A stretch of 64,000 nt of DNA from Limnothrix sp. BL-A-16 (GCA_041937175.2 CP166615.1:640001-704000), one strand, 5' to 3'. Shown: positions 32,070-42,918, counted from the first letter of the stretch. Numbers and translations are program-made. The notes: generated by a model not told the origin, from the letters alone.

Positions 32070-33389
32070 CAAAAGAAAAGGGTACAAGCCCCGCCCTTCT
32101 AGGACGGCTTTTTCGATCAACGCTATTTATAATGTTAGTTATGAAAGCACGATTTCGCTACCGAATCTATCCTAATCGCCTGCAAAGATTAATGTTGGCG
32201 AAGACATTCGGTTGTGCTCGTGTGGTCTACAACGATGCAATTCGATTGCGTCAAGACCTCTATCAGCAAGGAGAGAAAGTTAGCGACACTGAAATTCAGA
32301 AACGAGTCATCACCCAAGCCAAGCTAACCGTTGAGCGTGAATGGTTATCGGAAGTTGCATCTGTACCGTTAGTTCAATCATTGCAAGATGCTCATCTGGC
32401 TTTTCGTAATTTCTTCAAAAGTCTGAAGGGTGAGCGTAAAGGACGAAAAGTTGGCTTCCCCAAGCTCAAAAAGAAACACTCAACTCAATCCATTCGCTTC
32501 ACGACCAATGGCTTTTCAGTTAAACCCAACTCGGTTTACCTAGCCAAGATCGGTTGTGTGCGGGTCAAGTGGTCAAGAGAGCTGCCATCCGATCCATCAT
32601 CGGTCACGATCATCAAGGATGCAGCCAACCGCTACTTTGCATCGTTTGTATGCGAAGTCGATCCAATCGCTCTGAAGGCGATTAATGATGGCGTGGGCAT
32701 TGATCTAGGGTTGACTACTTTCGCCACCCTATCGACGGGTGAAAAGGTGCTGAGTCCCAAACCACTGGCTAAATCCCTCAAGCGGTTGCGTCGTGCTCAA
32801 AAGCGATTCAGTCGCAAGGTCAAGGGCAGCAATCGCCGTGAGTTAGCCCGCCGCAAGGTGGCTCGGATTCATGCCCGCATCAAGGATCAACGAACTGACT
32901 TCCTGCACAAATTATCAACCCGGATCGTTCGCGAGAACCAAGCGATCGTTTTGGAAGATTTGAACGTGTCAGGAATGATCAAAAATCGCAAGCTATCACG
33001 GGCGATTAGCGATGCTGGCTGGTACAGCTTCCGCCAAATGATCGAAGGGAAATCAATTCGCTACGGGCGGGATTTCCAAGTCATTAGCCGATGGGAGCCG
33101 ACTAGCCAGCGATGTTCATCTTGTGGACAATTGGGTGGCAAGAAACCCCTTGATGTGCGCGAGTGGACTTGTCTGCACTGCGGTGCGGTTCATGATCGCG
33201 ACATCAATGCCGCCATTAATATCCAAGTCGCGGGCGGGCAGTCCGAGACTCAAAACGGACGTGGAGGCAAGCGTAAATCCAGTTCGCTGGTAGCAGCCGA
33301 TGAAGCGTCAACCCGTGGTCTAGTCGAGCAGCTTCGGTTGTTCGGTTAGGGCCGGAATCCCCACGCCTTTAGGCTGGGGAGGATGTCAA
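32070..33389 (+). mobile_element. IS200/IS605-family tnpB-only element (IS1341-type), 1320 bp
   Basis: Left end follows TGAC with guide CAAG at +16..+19 and a hairpin; right end has GAAT at -35..-32, a hairpin and terminal TCAA; no tnpA. Confidence 0.88.
32141..33349 (+). CDS. tnpB: RNA-guided endonuclease TnpB
   Basis: YRIYP HTH, RuvC GIDLG / VLEDL / DRDINAA, zinc ribbon CSSC...CLHC. Confidence 0.95.
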   Translation: MKARFRYRIYPNRLQRLMLAKTFGCARVVYNDAIRLRQDLYQQGEKVSDTEIQKRVITQAKLTVEREWLSEVASVPLVQSLQDAHLAFRNFFKSLKGERKGRKVGFPKLKKKHSTQSIRFTTNGFSVKPNSVYLAKIGCVRVKWSRELPSDPSSVTIIKDAANRYFASFVCEVDPIALKAINDGVGIDLGLTTFATLSTGEKVLSPKPLAKSLKRLRRAQKRFSRKVKGSNRRELARRKVARIHARIKDQRTDFLHKLSTRIVRENQAIVLEDLNVSGMIKNRKLSRAISDAGWYSFRQMIEGKSIRYGRDFQVISRWEPTSQRCSSCGQLGGKKPLDVREWTCLHCGAVHDRDINAAINIQVAGGQSETQNGRGGKRKSSSLVAADEASTRGLVEQLRLFG

Positions 33390-33460
33390 CGATTAGATGA
33401 GCCAATTGGATTAAAGGTTAGACAATGAATGAATTCCCAACCAATGCTCCTGATCTAGCT

Positions 33461-34969
33461 TCAGGCTAACTGCATGGCAGCCGATCGCGGTAGATCCGGT
33501 AATTGTGGTTCCTGGGTAATGCGCAGAACAATGCCGGTCATATCGTCGGAGTTGCGATTTTCGGAGCCGATGAACTCCTGCACCCGATCGAACAAGTGAT
33601 TCAGAATTCCTTGGGCGTTGTCGTAGTTGTGGCAAGCCCAGTAAAACCCATCCCGCAGGCGATCTTCCTCAAACCGTTGGCCGCGGGGATCAGCCGCATC
33701 GGTGAATCCATCGGTGAAAAACATGATCGTGTCGCCCGGATAAAGCTGAATTTGGGCATCGTTGAATTCACTGTTGGCATCTAGGCCAATCAACATGCCT
33801 TCGGTGTCTAAGGCCACGATCTGATCCGATCGCGATTGCCAAAGCAGCGGTGGGTTATGGGCCGCGTTGCTGTAGGACAGAATGCGCGTTTTCGGGTCAT
33901 ATTCCGAATAGAACAGGGTGACGAACCGGTGGGAATTTTCCAAGTCCGCATACATCACCCGATTCAGATGGTGCAAAATTCGTGCGGGGGAATGGCCGTT
34001 CAACACCTCAGCCCGCAACATGCCCCGGGTCATGGTCATGATCAGGCCAGCGGGCACGCCTTTGCCCATCACATCCCCGATCGCGATGCTCCAGGGGGTG
34101 GTTTCCGTTCCGCCGAGTTTCGTTTGGGCGTTGCGGCCCAGGCTGGGGGATCCATTGCGACAAACGGGAATGAAGTCGTAATAGTCGCCACCCACCCGAT
34201 CGGCTGTTTCGCAACGGGCCGCCAAATCAACACCTTGGATTTTGGGATATTGGCGCGGCAGCAACCGCAGTTGAATTTCGGCCCCAATTTCCAACTCCCG
34301 ATCGAGCCGTTCCTTTTTCCGTAGCTCGACGGTTAAATCGGCATTGTCAATGGCCACGGCCGTTTGATCCGCCACCAATCGCACCAGTTTTTGGCGCTTG
34401 GAAGTCCAGGCAAAATCCGGCGCACAACAAAAGGCATAGAGCCGGCCCCGCTCCACCTCATTCACCAAAATGGATGCCCCAAAGACCCGCACACCGGTTC
34501 CCAAGGAATCGGCCACGGTTTGATCCAACAGGGCGATCGCCCCGGGATCAAATTCCACCTTGTGATCCTTCGCAGCATTGGCCGTCAGCACCCCCGTCAC
34601 CTTGCGCGTGGCCAACTCCAGGGCCCGTCGGATCGGCCGCACCTGGCAGCGGTGATCTCCTAACTCCTGACAGTGCAACTGTTCTAGGCGCACTTGCCCA
34701 TTGGGCCGAAACAACACCAAGGCCCCGCCATCCGCATCGGCCACTCGGGTGGCAATCAGGGGAATCAGCTCTAGGAACTGATTCAGATTTTTGAAGCTGC
34801 GGAGGGCAAACCCCAGGGAACTGAGCAGGTCTTGAACTTTGTATTGTTCGCGGTTGAGACGGGCAACCAGTTCCTTGAGGGCAAAAACAGGCGTATTGTC
34901 GCCCGCCGCTAACAGATCAGCCGGGTCAGGAGGTTGCGATGAGGTGTGAGGGGCAGGGGCAGCGGACAT
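33461..34969 (-). CDS. GAF + PP2C/SpoIIE phosphatase (RsbU/Slr2031-like)
   Basis: VGGDYYDF, IGDVMGKGVPA, FTDGFTD, DDMT. Confidence 0.92.
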   Translation of the reverse strand: MSAAPAPHTSSQPPDPADLLAAGDNTPVFALKELVARLNREQYKVQDLLSSLGFALRSFKNLNQFLELIPLIATRVADADGGALVLFRPNGQVRLEQLHCQELGDHRCQVRPIRRALELATRKVTGVLTANAAKDHKVEFDPGAIALLDQTVADSLGTGVRVFGASILVNEVERGRLYAFCCAPDFAWTSKRQKLVRLVADQTAVAIDNADLTVELRKKERLDRELEIGAEIQLRLLPRQYPKIQGVDLAARCETADRVGGDYYDFIPVCRNGSPSLGRNAQTKLGGTETTPWSIAIGDVMGKGVPAGLIMTMTRGMLRAEVLNGHSPARILHHLNRVMYADLENSHRFVTLFYSEYDPKTRILSYSNAAHNPPLLWQSRSDQIVALDTEGMLIGLDANSEFNDAQIQLYPGDTIMFFTDGFTDAADPRGQRFEEDRLRDGFYWACHNYDNAQGILNHLFDRVQEFIGSENRNSDDMTGIVLRITQEPQLPDLPRSAAMQLA

Positions 34970-35142
34970 TTCAAGGATCGATGAGCGATCGTGCCAGAGC
35001 GCCCAGTTTTGAGTTAGCTATGGTAGCGCCAAATCACTGGACTGCCAACAAAACAACAGAATTCAGGGAGGGCTTGCCAGTAGGGCTGTTCGATCGGGCG
35101 TTGGGTTTGGTTGGCCAATCCCAGTACCCCGATTGCCACTGC

Positions 35143-36873
35143 CTAACCGTTGAGCAGCGCCTCCACAAATTCGTAGCTAGAGAAGGGGCGCAGGGCTTCA
35201 ATGCTTTCCCCCGCGCCAATGAACCGAATGGGTAAGTTGAGCTGTTGGGCGATCGCCAGGGCAATCCCTCCCTTGGCGGTGCTGTCAAGCTTCGTGAGGA
35301 CTACGCCGCTCAGTTTAGCGGTTTCTGCAAAGACCTTAGCTTGCTGGAGGCCGTTTTGTCCTTGGGTGGCATCCAAAACCAACAGCGATTCCACGATCGC
35401 GCCGGGGGCTTGCTTGTCGATGATCCGGCGAATTTTCGCCAGCTCATCCATCAGGTTCTTTTTGTTTTGCAGACGGCCAGCGGTGTCCACCAACAGCAAT
35501 TCCGTTTCGCGGGCAGTCGCGGCGGTAATCGCATCGAAGACCACGGCGGCGGGATCGGTGTTTTTGCCGGGGTTGGCGATCGTTTCCACACCGGCTCGAT
35601 CGCCCCAAACTTTCACCTGCTCCACGGCGGCGGCCCGGAAGGTGTCCCCCGCTGCAATCAGACAGCGGTAACCGGACTTGCTGCCCAGGCGGGCCAACTT
35701 CCCGATCGTGGTGGTTTTGCCTGCGCCATTGACCCCCACAATCAGCCAAATATTCAGCCTGCCTTTTTCGGGAGCCAACAGGGGCAAGGTATCTTCGCCC
35801 GCCTCGCGGATGGGGCGATCGAGCAAATCTCGCAAAATCTGTTTCAAATAGGCGATCGCCGCCTCGGGGGGCAGGGCTTCTTCGCGCACCTTGTCTTGCA
35901 AAGCGCCAATGATCGCATCCGTGGCTTCCACGCCTGCATCGGCCTGGAGCAGCAGGGCTTCGATTTCCTCAACCGCATCCGCATTCAGCGGCCCCTGACC
36001 AACCAAGGACTTGAGCTGATTCACCAGGCCGCGGCGGGTTTTGTCTAGCCCTTGGCGCAAACGGGTAAGCCACTCAATTTCCTCAGCAGAAATATCTTCC
36101 GGGCGACGACCCTGGGCCGCCAAAATTTCCGCAGACCACAGGAAGTTTTCATCAAAAACAATTGCCCCCGGTGGCAGGGCTGCCGGTTCCGCTTCGGCCA
36201 AGGGTTCCGGCTCCGGTTCCGGTTCCACAATCGCCTCAGCCTTGACTCGTTCCAGCCGTTCCGCGCGATCGGCCTCGGCCCGCTCCAGCAATGAAGCCGA
36301 CTCTGAAAAAGTTGGGCTAGCTGCCGCGATCGGCTCCGTTGGCTCAGCGGGTTCCGGTTCCGGCTCCGGCGTAACCGGCGGTTGCTGAAGGTTTTGGTAA
36401 GCCGCTTTGGCCCACTGCAACAACTCATCCGCATTGGAAGGAGCCGTTATCACTGGTTCCGGCTCTGGGGCGGGTTCCGGCGCTTCAGCCACCAGCACAG
36501 GAGCAGCCACGGGAGCAACCGGTGCGGCAATCGGTTCCGGCTCCGGCGTTGGTTCTGGTTCGGTTGGTTCTGGTAATTCCGGTTCGGTTACTTCTGGCGC
36601 TGGGGCGATCGACTCCGGCTCCGGTGCTGGCTCCGGTTCCAAAGCAGCGATCGGCTCCGGTTCCGGCTCCGGGGTCAACTCCACCGTCAGTTCCTCAACC
36701 GCGGCCGGCTCCAATTCCGGTTCAGGCTGAGACTCAGGTTCAGGTTCCGCTTCTCCCTCTGGGGTCGTTTCCGGGGCTGTTTCCGTGGGCTGTTCATCCG
36801 TGGGTTTGTCGGAGTCAAACTCAACGTAAAACTTCTCTTGGGAAAACTGACGTTGGAACCAGTTAAAAACCAT
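35143..36873 (-). CDS. ftsY: SRP receptor FtsY with an acidic Pro/Glu N-terminal region
   Basis: GVNGAGKTTT, DTFRAAA, DTAGR, TKLDSTAKGG. Confidence 0.96.
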   Translation of the reverse strand: MVFNWFQRQFSQEKFYVEFDSDKPTDEQPTETAPETTPEGEAEPEPESQPEPELEPAAVEELTVELTPEPEPEPIAALEPEPAPEPESIAPAPEVTEPELPEPTEPEPTPEPEPIAAPVAPVAAPVLVAEAPEPAPEPEPVITAPSNADELLQWAKAAYQNLQQPPVTPEPEPEPAEPTEPIAAASPTFSESASLLERAEADRAERLERVKAEAIVEPEPEPEPLAEAEPAALPPGAIVFDENFLWSAEILAAQGRRPEDISAEEIEWLTRLRQGLDKTRRGLVNQLKSLVGQGPLNADAVEEIEALLLQADAGVEATDAIIGALQDKVREEALPPEAAIAYLKQILRDLLDRPIREAGEDTLPLLAPEKGRLNIWLIVGVNGAGKTTTIGKLARLGSKSGYRCLIAAGDTFRAAAVEQVKVWGDRAGVETIANPGKNTDPAAVVFDAITAATARETELLLVDTAGRLQNKKNLMDELAKIRRIIDKQAPGAIVESLLVLDATQGQNGLQQAKVFAETAKLSGVVLTKLDSTAKGGIALAIAQQLNLPIRFIGAGESIEALRPFSSYEFVEALLNG

Positions 36874-36948
36874 CGATCGCGACCTTAGCAGTGACAGGAA
36901 GGCAAAGGAGCCAAGAAACAAAACTTAAAGACAAGGGTAGCGCGGCCC

Positions 36949-37587
36949 CTAGGCTCGGGTGGCCTTCATTTGGTCGATCGCCCGGCGCAACACACCGTTA
37001 ATAAATCGGTAGCTGTCGGCCTCACTGTAGCGCTTGGCCAGCTCCACCGCTTCGTTCACTGCCACCTGCGGCGGTGTTTTCAGATAGCAAATTTCCGCGA
37101 TCGCCATGCGCAAAATGTCCCGATCGATCCGTGCCAATCGGCTTAATTGCCAATCCACCATGCTGTCCGTCAAGGTTTGGTCAATCTCCGCCTGGTAGCG
37201 AGCCACCTTCGTCACCAAATCCAAGGCGTAATCTTGCACGTTCAGTTGTCCCGCCGCTTGAAGCATTTCCGGCAGTTCAACAGCCATGCCCAAGCGATTG
37301 ATTGCTGACTGAGTAAACTCGATCGCCTCCTTCACCATGGCCACCGATCGCTGGGCATCGCTGGCCCGAATTTCCTCCCGCAACAGTTCCGTTTTCAGCA
37401 AACGCTCATTGCCCCGTTGCAATTCTGCGCTGGCCATCTCCAGGGTTTCTCGCACCTCAGCCATCAGGGTACGCACGGCCGCCTGCAACAGATCCTTTAG
37501 ATCTCGGTCTTGAAGTTTTTCAGGTTTATTGGGGAGCTGGCTAATGCTGAGGAGAGCCAGTTCACGGGCAATTCGGCGAGCTTGCAT
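36949..37587 (-). CDS. nusB: Transcription antitermination factor NusB
   Basis: RRIARELAL, IDRDILR, NEAVELAKRY, FINGVL. Confidence 0.95.
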   Translation of the reverse strand: MQARRIARELALLSISQLPNKPEKLQDRDLKDLLQAAVRTLMAEVRETLEMASAELQRGNERLLKTELLREEIRASDAQRSVAMVKEAIEFTQSAINRLGMAVELPEMLQAAGQLNVQDYALDLVTKVARYQAEIDQTLTDSMVDWQLSRLARIDRDILRMAIAEICYLKTPPQVAVNEAVELAKRYSEADSYRFINGVLRRAIDQMKATRA

Positions 37588-37874
37588 GGGGTTGAAGGGA
37601 AAATGCAGGGTGAAAGAAGCGCGATCGCCCAGGATAGCGCTCTTTGCCGCACAGCGATCCGTCACGCGGCCAGCACCATCAAGGGCGGCTAATTGCCCTC
37701 AAGTGTTGCACCGGTCGGAACCGCCGACAAGGTGCGGAATTTACCCACCCAGCAATCACAAGCTCTAACGGGTTTTGGGGCTGCTCAGGTTGCCCATTCA
37801 GATCACTGGTTTCGATCGCCTGTTCAGGGGCCGTTTACCAAGTCTTTGAGAAATCCCAAAACGATATTTTCAGA

Positions 37875-38252
37875 TCAAAATTCTTCGTAGTCGCTATAGC
37901 CGCCGCCATTGCCGCCCCCTTCGCTGGTATCCCGCTTGGAACCCAAAAGCTGAAGATCTCGCACCACCACCACGGGACTGGTGCGTTGGGCCCCAGACTG
38001 GCGGTCGGTCCAGGTATCAATTTTGAGGCTACCTTGCACTGCAATTTCCTTGCCCTTGCGCACATAGTTGGCGGCTACCTCGGCGGTTTTGCCCCAAATT
38101 TCCAAATTGAACCAATCGGGCCCATCATCGCGATTGCGTGAAGGACGGTTCACCGCAAGGGTCAAGCGACATTTCACCGATCCAGACTCGAAATAACGCA
38201 CATCGGGATCACTGCCAGCACGCCCCACCAGATTGACGACATTGATGCTCAT
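37875..38252 (-). CDS. ssb: Single-stranded DNA-binding protein
   Basis: NVVNLVGRAGSDP, WFNLEIWGKTAE, acidic C-terminus DYEEF. Confidence 0.95.
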   Translation of the reverse strand: MSINVVNLVGRAGSDPDVRYFESGSVKCRLTLAVNRPSRNRDDGPDWFNLEIWGKTAEVAANYVRKGKEIAVQGSLKIDTWTDRQSGAQRTSPVVVVRDLQLLGSKRDTSEGGGNGGGYSDYEEF

Positions 38253-38494
38253 GGTAACTACCGATGATGAACTGAAATTGGTTAATCGACTAATTGATTA
38301 GTGGGCTAATTTGGACTAGCCCGACTCAAGCTGGGCCATTAGATTTAACCAGTTTGATGCAACTAAGTTAATGCAGCCAAATTTCAGTGGACTAACTTGA
38401 TTCAAGCAATCTCAAGCAACTTTATTCAAGCAACTTGCGGCAGCCAATTCAACTGAATACTCATGAATACTCAGCAAATGCTAGGCAAATCCTA

Positions 38495-38636
38495 GAGGTT
38501 GTCGTCATTTTTCGAGGTGAGACTGAAACGGTTGATCTTCCATGCCCCAATCGTCGTAACAAGATGCTCAAGCCCCTTGTCTCCCACGATCCGCTAACGG
38601 CAGATCTAGGGTTTTGTGCTCAATGACGACAGACCC
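38495..38636 (+). mobile_element. ~142 bp MITE, copy 2
   Basis: TA|GAGGTTGTCGTCA...TGACGACAGACCC|TA; shares AAACGGTTGATCTTCCAT and CCACGATCCGC with copy 1. Confidence 0.8.
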
Positions 38637-38678
38637 TAGGCAATTTGTAGGGCTAACCGAGAAAGATTAATCGCAGGT

Positions 38679-39425
38679 TTAACTACCCAGTTGGAACCAA
38701 AACGATACCAAATCATGTTTACCCAAGGCGATCCGATCACCCGGCCGCAGCCGATGACGATTGCCCGGAGCCAAAAATAGCCCATTTACATAGGTTCCGT
38801 TGGCGCTGCCCGTGTCCTCCAAGTAATGGGCATCGCCCTCCACTCGAATGTCCGCATGGATTCGAGACACCACTTCCGCATGGGGAAATCCCGAAACATC
38901 AATGTCCGGCGGTACGCGATCGTTGGGTTTGCCCAAGTGAATGAGACTGATCTGCTCCGGCAACATCACAACCGCGCCGCTGTGGACATGCACCAATCGG
39001 GCGATCGTCCGTTGCAATTGCGTCACGGCTCCCGGGATGGGCGCTGCTTCTGGGGTGGTTCCCATCAAGGCCGTGGGCGGCTCGGCGGGATCGCCCAAAG
39101 ACCCGATCGGCTCCATCTCGGGACTGGCTGAAAACAGCGATGCCCCGATCGGCTGTGTGAGATCGGTGATCTCTTCATCACTGTCGGGGTGCGCTGGCGG
39201 CACAGGCAAGGGGGACGGCGCAGCGGCGGGGACGGGAGCCGGTAAAGGGGCGATCGAGGGGGCCGCCTGCAGGTTGTGGCCACATTGCCCGCAGAAGTTG
39301 GCATCACTCAGAACCGGCGCACCGCAACGGGGACAGCTTTGCAGGGTGGGAAGGGCCGTGAAGCAGGCTTCGCAAGTTACTGCATCATCGGGGTTGGCGT
39401 GATTGCAATTAGGACAATTAACCAT
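38679..39425 (-). CDS. Double zinc ribbon + FHA protein (FraH-like)
   Basis: CPNC/CEAC/CPRC/CGQC; VSRIHA, GSANGTYVN. Confidence 0.85.
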   Translation of the reverse strand: MVNCPNCNHANPDDAVTCEACFTALPTLQSCPRCGAPVLSDANFCGQCGHNLQAAPSIAPLPAPVPAAAPSPLPVPPAHPDSDEEITDLTQPIGASLFSASPEMEPIGSLGDPAEPPTALMGTTPEAAPIPGAVTQLQRTIARLVHVHSGAVVMLPEQISLIHLGKPNDRVPPDIDVSGFPHAEVVSRIHADIRVEGDAHYLEDTGSANGTYVNGLFLAPGNRHRLRPGDRIALGKHDLVSFWFQLGS

Positions 39426-39562
39426 GGAGCCGATCGCGCCTGGGCGCTTGCAAAGGAGCAAAGGAACCAAAATTCAGTCGTTCAGTCAATTTCGGACAAG
39501 TTCGGATGATTTCGGACTCCAGACCACCGGGCTTGAGCGCTGATGAACCGATCAGCCAGCGC

Positions 39563-40444
39563 CTAGAACTCCAGTCGCTCTCCGGCCGATTGGTCAAACA
39601 GCCACCACAATTCCCCCGACACCGGGCGCACCAAGCGGGCTGGATAGGTTTGGTCTAGCAAAGCCGCCAAGGTGGGATCGTCACAAGGTGCAAACACCTG
39701 GGCGATCGCGGGTTGCTTGCTTTCCCCCGAGACCAAGAAAATCGTACAGCTTGCCTGGTTCAACACCGGCACGGTCAGGGTAATCCGGGGATCGTCACCC
39801 CGATTGCCCACCGTCACCCATCGATCGCGCACGGCCAAGGCAGCGGTGTTGGGAAACAAGGAAGCCGTATGTCCATCATCTCCCAGACCCAGCAGCACCA
39901 GATCCAGGCTGGGAAAGTCCTCCTGTAGCCCCCACTGGTCGCAGAATAGGGCCCGTAACTGAGCCTCATACCGCGCCGCATCCTCCGCTGGGTTGGCCCC
40001 GTCGGTGGGCATGGGCCAACAGTTGGCAGCGGGAATCGGCACCCGATCGAGCCAAGCCTCGCGGGCCATCCGCTGGTTACTGTCTGGGCTGGTGGGCGGC
40101 ACATAGCGCTCATCTCCCCAAAAGATAAAGAGCTTTGACCAATCCAAATCCGCCTGAGCCAACTGTTCATAGAGTGGCTTAGGGGTGCTGCCGCCGGCCA
40201 GGGCCATGGTGCAACGGCCCGATCGTTTCAGGGCATGGTCAATTTGACTCAAAACCACTTCCACAGCCCGCTCAATTAGCTCAGGGCGATCGGGCCAAAT
40301 TTCCACCGTCGGCAGTTGGGAAGGAAGCGATTCAGCAGGAAATGGGAATGATGGACTAGACGAATTCACCGACTCCGATCGGGCATCGGCCCCGGAAGCC
40401 GCATCCGTTGCCCCGCTGGCAGGATCTGGGAACGCTGAGGTCAT
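39563..40444 (-). CDS. pgl: 6-phosphogluconolactonase
   Basis: ALAGGSTP, FWGDERYVP, LLGLGDDGHTASLFP. Confidence 0.94.
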   Translation of the reverse strand: MTSAFPDPASGATDAASGADARSESVNSSSPSFPFPAESLPSQLPTVEIWPDRPELIERAVEVVLSQIDHALKRSGRCTMALAGGSTPKPLYEQLAQADLDWSKLFIFWGDERYVPPTSPDSNQRMAREAWLDRVPIPAANCWPMPTDGANPAEDAARYEAQLRALFCDQWGLQEDFPSLDLVLLGLGDDGHTASLFPNTAALAVRDRWVTVGNRGDDPRITLTVPVLNQASCTIFLVSGESKQPAIAQVFAPCDDPTLAALLDQTYPARLVRPVSGELWWLFDQSAGERLEF

Positions 40445-40889
40445 GATCGAAAAAATGCTAAAGACCCGAGCCGCCACCCGGCCCGGTCAACTCCCCTAGC
40501 CTAACCGATGGATCGGAAATTCAATAACAGCTGAATCAAAAGACCCACCCAAGATCCACCAAAATTCAGATCCACCGAAGTTGAAAGCCAAAATTGGGAG
40601 CCAAAATTGGAAGTGTAAAATTTCATCGAAATCAGCGGGCGATTATCCTAAGTTGCTGAAACAATAGGGCACGGGAAAAGCCATGAAACGCTGACTTCAA
40701 ATTTTGACCGCAAACCTTGGCCGACCTTGGCTCAAAAACTTTGGCTGCAATTTTTGATCTCAATCGTGGCTCGCAACCCATTGCGATCGCCCGTTGTCCT
40801 GACGCAATGGTAGCCGGTTCGATCGCCTCCTGATTTGGCTGCCGGCCCTTGTAATCCCCTTCAGTAACAGCGCTTCCTAAGGACGCTCC

Positions 40890-41702
40890 ATGACGACTAG
40901 TACACATTCCTCCCAGACTTCCGCCCCCATAGCGGCCGTCGTGCTGCAAATCGGGGGCGCAGTGGCGATCACCCTTGGATTAATTGATTTCCTTGCTGTT
41001 GCCGTTCCGTTCGATTTTGCCAACCGAGGCTGGGTGATTGACACCACCCGCCAATTGATCGATCGGGGCATCGTGCCCGCCATGGGTGTCAGCCTGCTGT
41101 TTTGGGGCTTCTGGATTGAAATCAAATCCGGTGTCAGCCGGTCTTGGCGTAGGGGTGTGGGCGTTGCGACCCTGGCGTTTTCGGCGCTGATGGGACTGTT
41201 GTTTTTGGTGATGGCCCCCACGCACCTGCTGTCTGTGCGGGCCGAAGCCCAATCCACCCTCGCCGCCATTACCCGACAATCGCGGGAAGCCGAAAAACAA
41301 ATTGATACACCCGAATTTAAAAACAGTTTGCAGCGCCAGCAACAGGTTTTTCGGGAGCAGATGCAGTTTTTGCTGCAAGACGATGCTCGGTTTAATGAAT
41401 TTATTAACAGCCCACAATTTGATGAACGCCAGAAGGAGTTCATGCGGCGGCTGAAGGCGAATCCGGCTGACTTGGAAACGGTGATTCGCCAGCGGGTGAA
41501 TGATTTTCCCCTGCAATTGCTGGCCCGCATTCGATCGCGGCGGCAGGAGCTAGAAACCCGCGCCAGAACCACGGCCCTGCGGTTGGGCGTGCAAACAGGA
41601 ACCAGCGGCATTGCCCTCTCGGTGGCCTACCTGGCGATCGCTTGGCTCGGGTTGGGGGGATCGGGTGGTCGCCCTGCCCCGCGTCGCCGTCGATCGGCCT
41701 AA
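40890..41702 (+). CDS. HpsJ-like membrane protein
   Basis: LIDRGIVPAMG motif; TM helices around a coiled soluble loop. Confidence 0.65.
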   Translation: MTTSTHSSQTSAPIAAVVLQIGGAVAITLGLIDFLAVAVPFDFANRGWVIDTTRQLIDRGIVPAMGVSLLFWGFWIEIKSGVSRSWRRGVGVATLAFSALMGLLFLVMAPTHLLSVRAEAQSTLAAITRQSREAEKQIDTPEFKNSLQRQQQVFREQMQFLLQDDARFNEFINSPQFDERQKEFMRRLKANPADLETVIRQRVNDFPLQLLARIRSRRQELETRARTTALRLGVQTGTSGIALSVAYLAIAWLGLGGSGGRPAPRRRRSA

Positions 41703-41834
41703 GTTCGACCTCAATTCGCCCCATGGTCGATGCCAATCCCAATATTTTGGCCATTGTTTTGACCCTTTTTAGCCCTTCTTGACCATTTCGATCCAGACGT
41801 TCTGAGCAACCCGAGAGTTTGAGAGTTTAAGACT

Positions 41835-42608
41835 ATGACGAAAGCTGGTAAACGCCCCTCGCCCCCCTTGGCCGCCCTGATCGCCATTGTGGTTGGCACC
41901 GTGTTGGTCATTTCCTCGTTGCTGGACTATTTAATCCTGATCTTCCCGCCGGATTTGCAAAATCCTCAATGGTTGCTCAACACCATTTCTGAAATTGTGG
42001 GTCGCGGCATTGTGCCCATGGTTGGCATTTGCTTCCTGTTTGCAGGGCTGTGGATGAATTCCCGATCGGGTTTGCCCTCCGCCAAGAAAACATCGTTGAT
42101 GAACCCTCGGCTTTGGGTTTTGATTTTGTCGAGTGCGTTGGGTGTGTTGTTCCTGGTGTTATCCCCGATCTATATCAACGGCGTGAACAAGGCCAGCGCC
42201 AAGGAAGTGGAAAACATCGAAGCCCAAGCCAAGGCGGCCATGGATCAATTGGGAGAACCGGCAGAGCAATTCCGCGATCGGCTCAAGACCCTGCTGAAAA
42301 ATCCCCAAGAACTCGATCGGTTGATTAAGAGCGGTCAAGTGCCGCCGCAAGTGGTGCAACAACTGGAACAGGCGCGATCAAACCCGGCCGTTCTGGACTC
42401 TCAATTCAATCAATTCAAGCAAGAGCGGCAACAGGAAATTGACAAGCGGAAGACCGAGCTTGTGCAGCGCACCAAAACCGGCTCCATGAAAACCACCCTC
42501 CGCACCGGTCTCAGCAGCCTGGTTTTGGGTGTGGGTTATTTGTTCATGAGCTGGATGGGCTACACGAAACGCGGCTCCCGCGCACGTTCGGCCAGCCGAG
42601 CCAGTTAG
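41835..42608 (+). CDS. HpsJ-like membrane protein (tandem paralogue)
   Basis: IVGRGIVPMVG motif; same architecture as the upstream gene. Confidence 0.65.
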   Translation: MTKAGKRPSPPLAALIAIVVGTVLVISSLLDYLILIFPPDLQNPQWLLNTISEIVGRGIVPMVGICFLFAGLWMNSRSGLPSAKKTSLMNPRLWVLILSSALGVLFLVLSPIYINGVNKASAKEVENIEAQAKAAMDQLGEPAEQFRDRLKTLLKNPQELDRLIKSGQVPPQVVQQLEQARSNPAVLDSQFNQFKQERQQEIDKRKTELVQRTKTGSMKTTLRTGLSSLVLGVGYLFMSWMGYTKRGSRARSASRAS

Positions 42609-42918
42609 GGCAATCATTTGACCGGCTCAACCGGCTCTCATTGGATTCAGGTTGGATTCAGGTTGGGTTGATTTTGAATTGGAGATTAGGGATTGATCGC
42701 GATGTTCAAGTCGCGGTCAATCTTCTAAAAGCGGCCAGCCCGATCCTGATCCGCCCCAATTCCAGATGCAGCCGACTTCGCCACGACATAACAGGAAGCA
42801 TCCTGATCGCAGTACTCGTTAGCGAATTACAGCAATTGTTGGGAAAGTCATAACGGAATTAACGGTGCATCGACTCGATCGGCCGTCACCGCTCGATCGC
42901 CCACCGATTCAAATCACC

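Noticed and set aside
36100..36800. PEPEP repeats in FtsY (also the GGM tail of GroEL)
   Set aside because: Ordinary low-complexity features of these families
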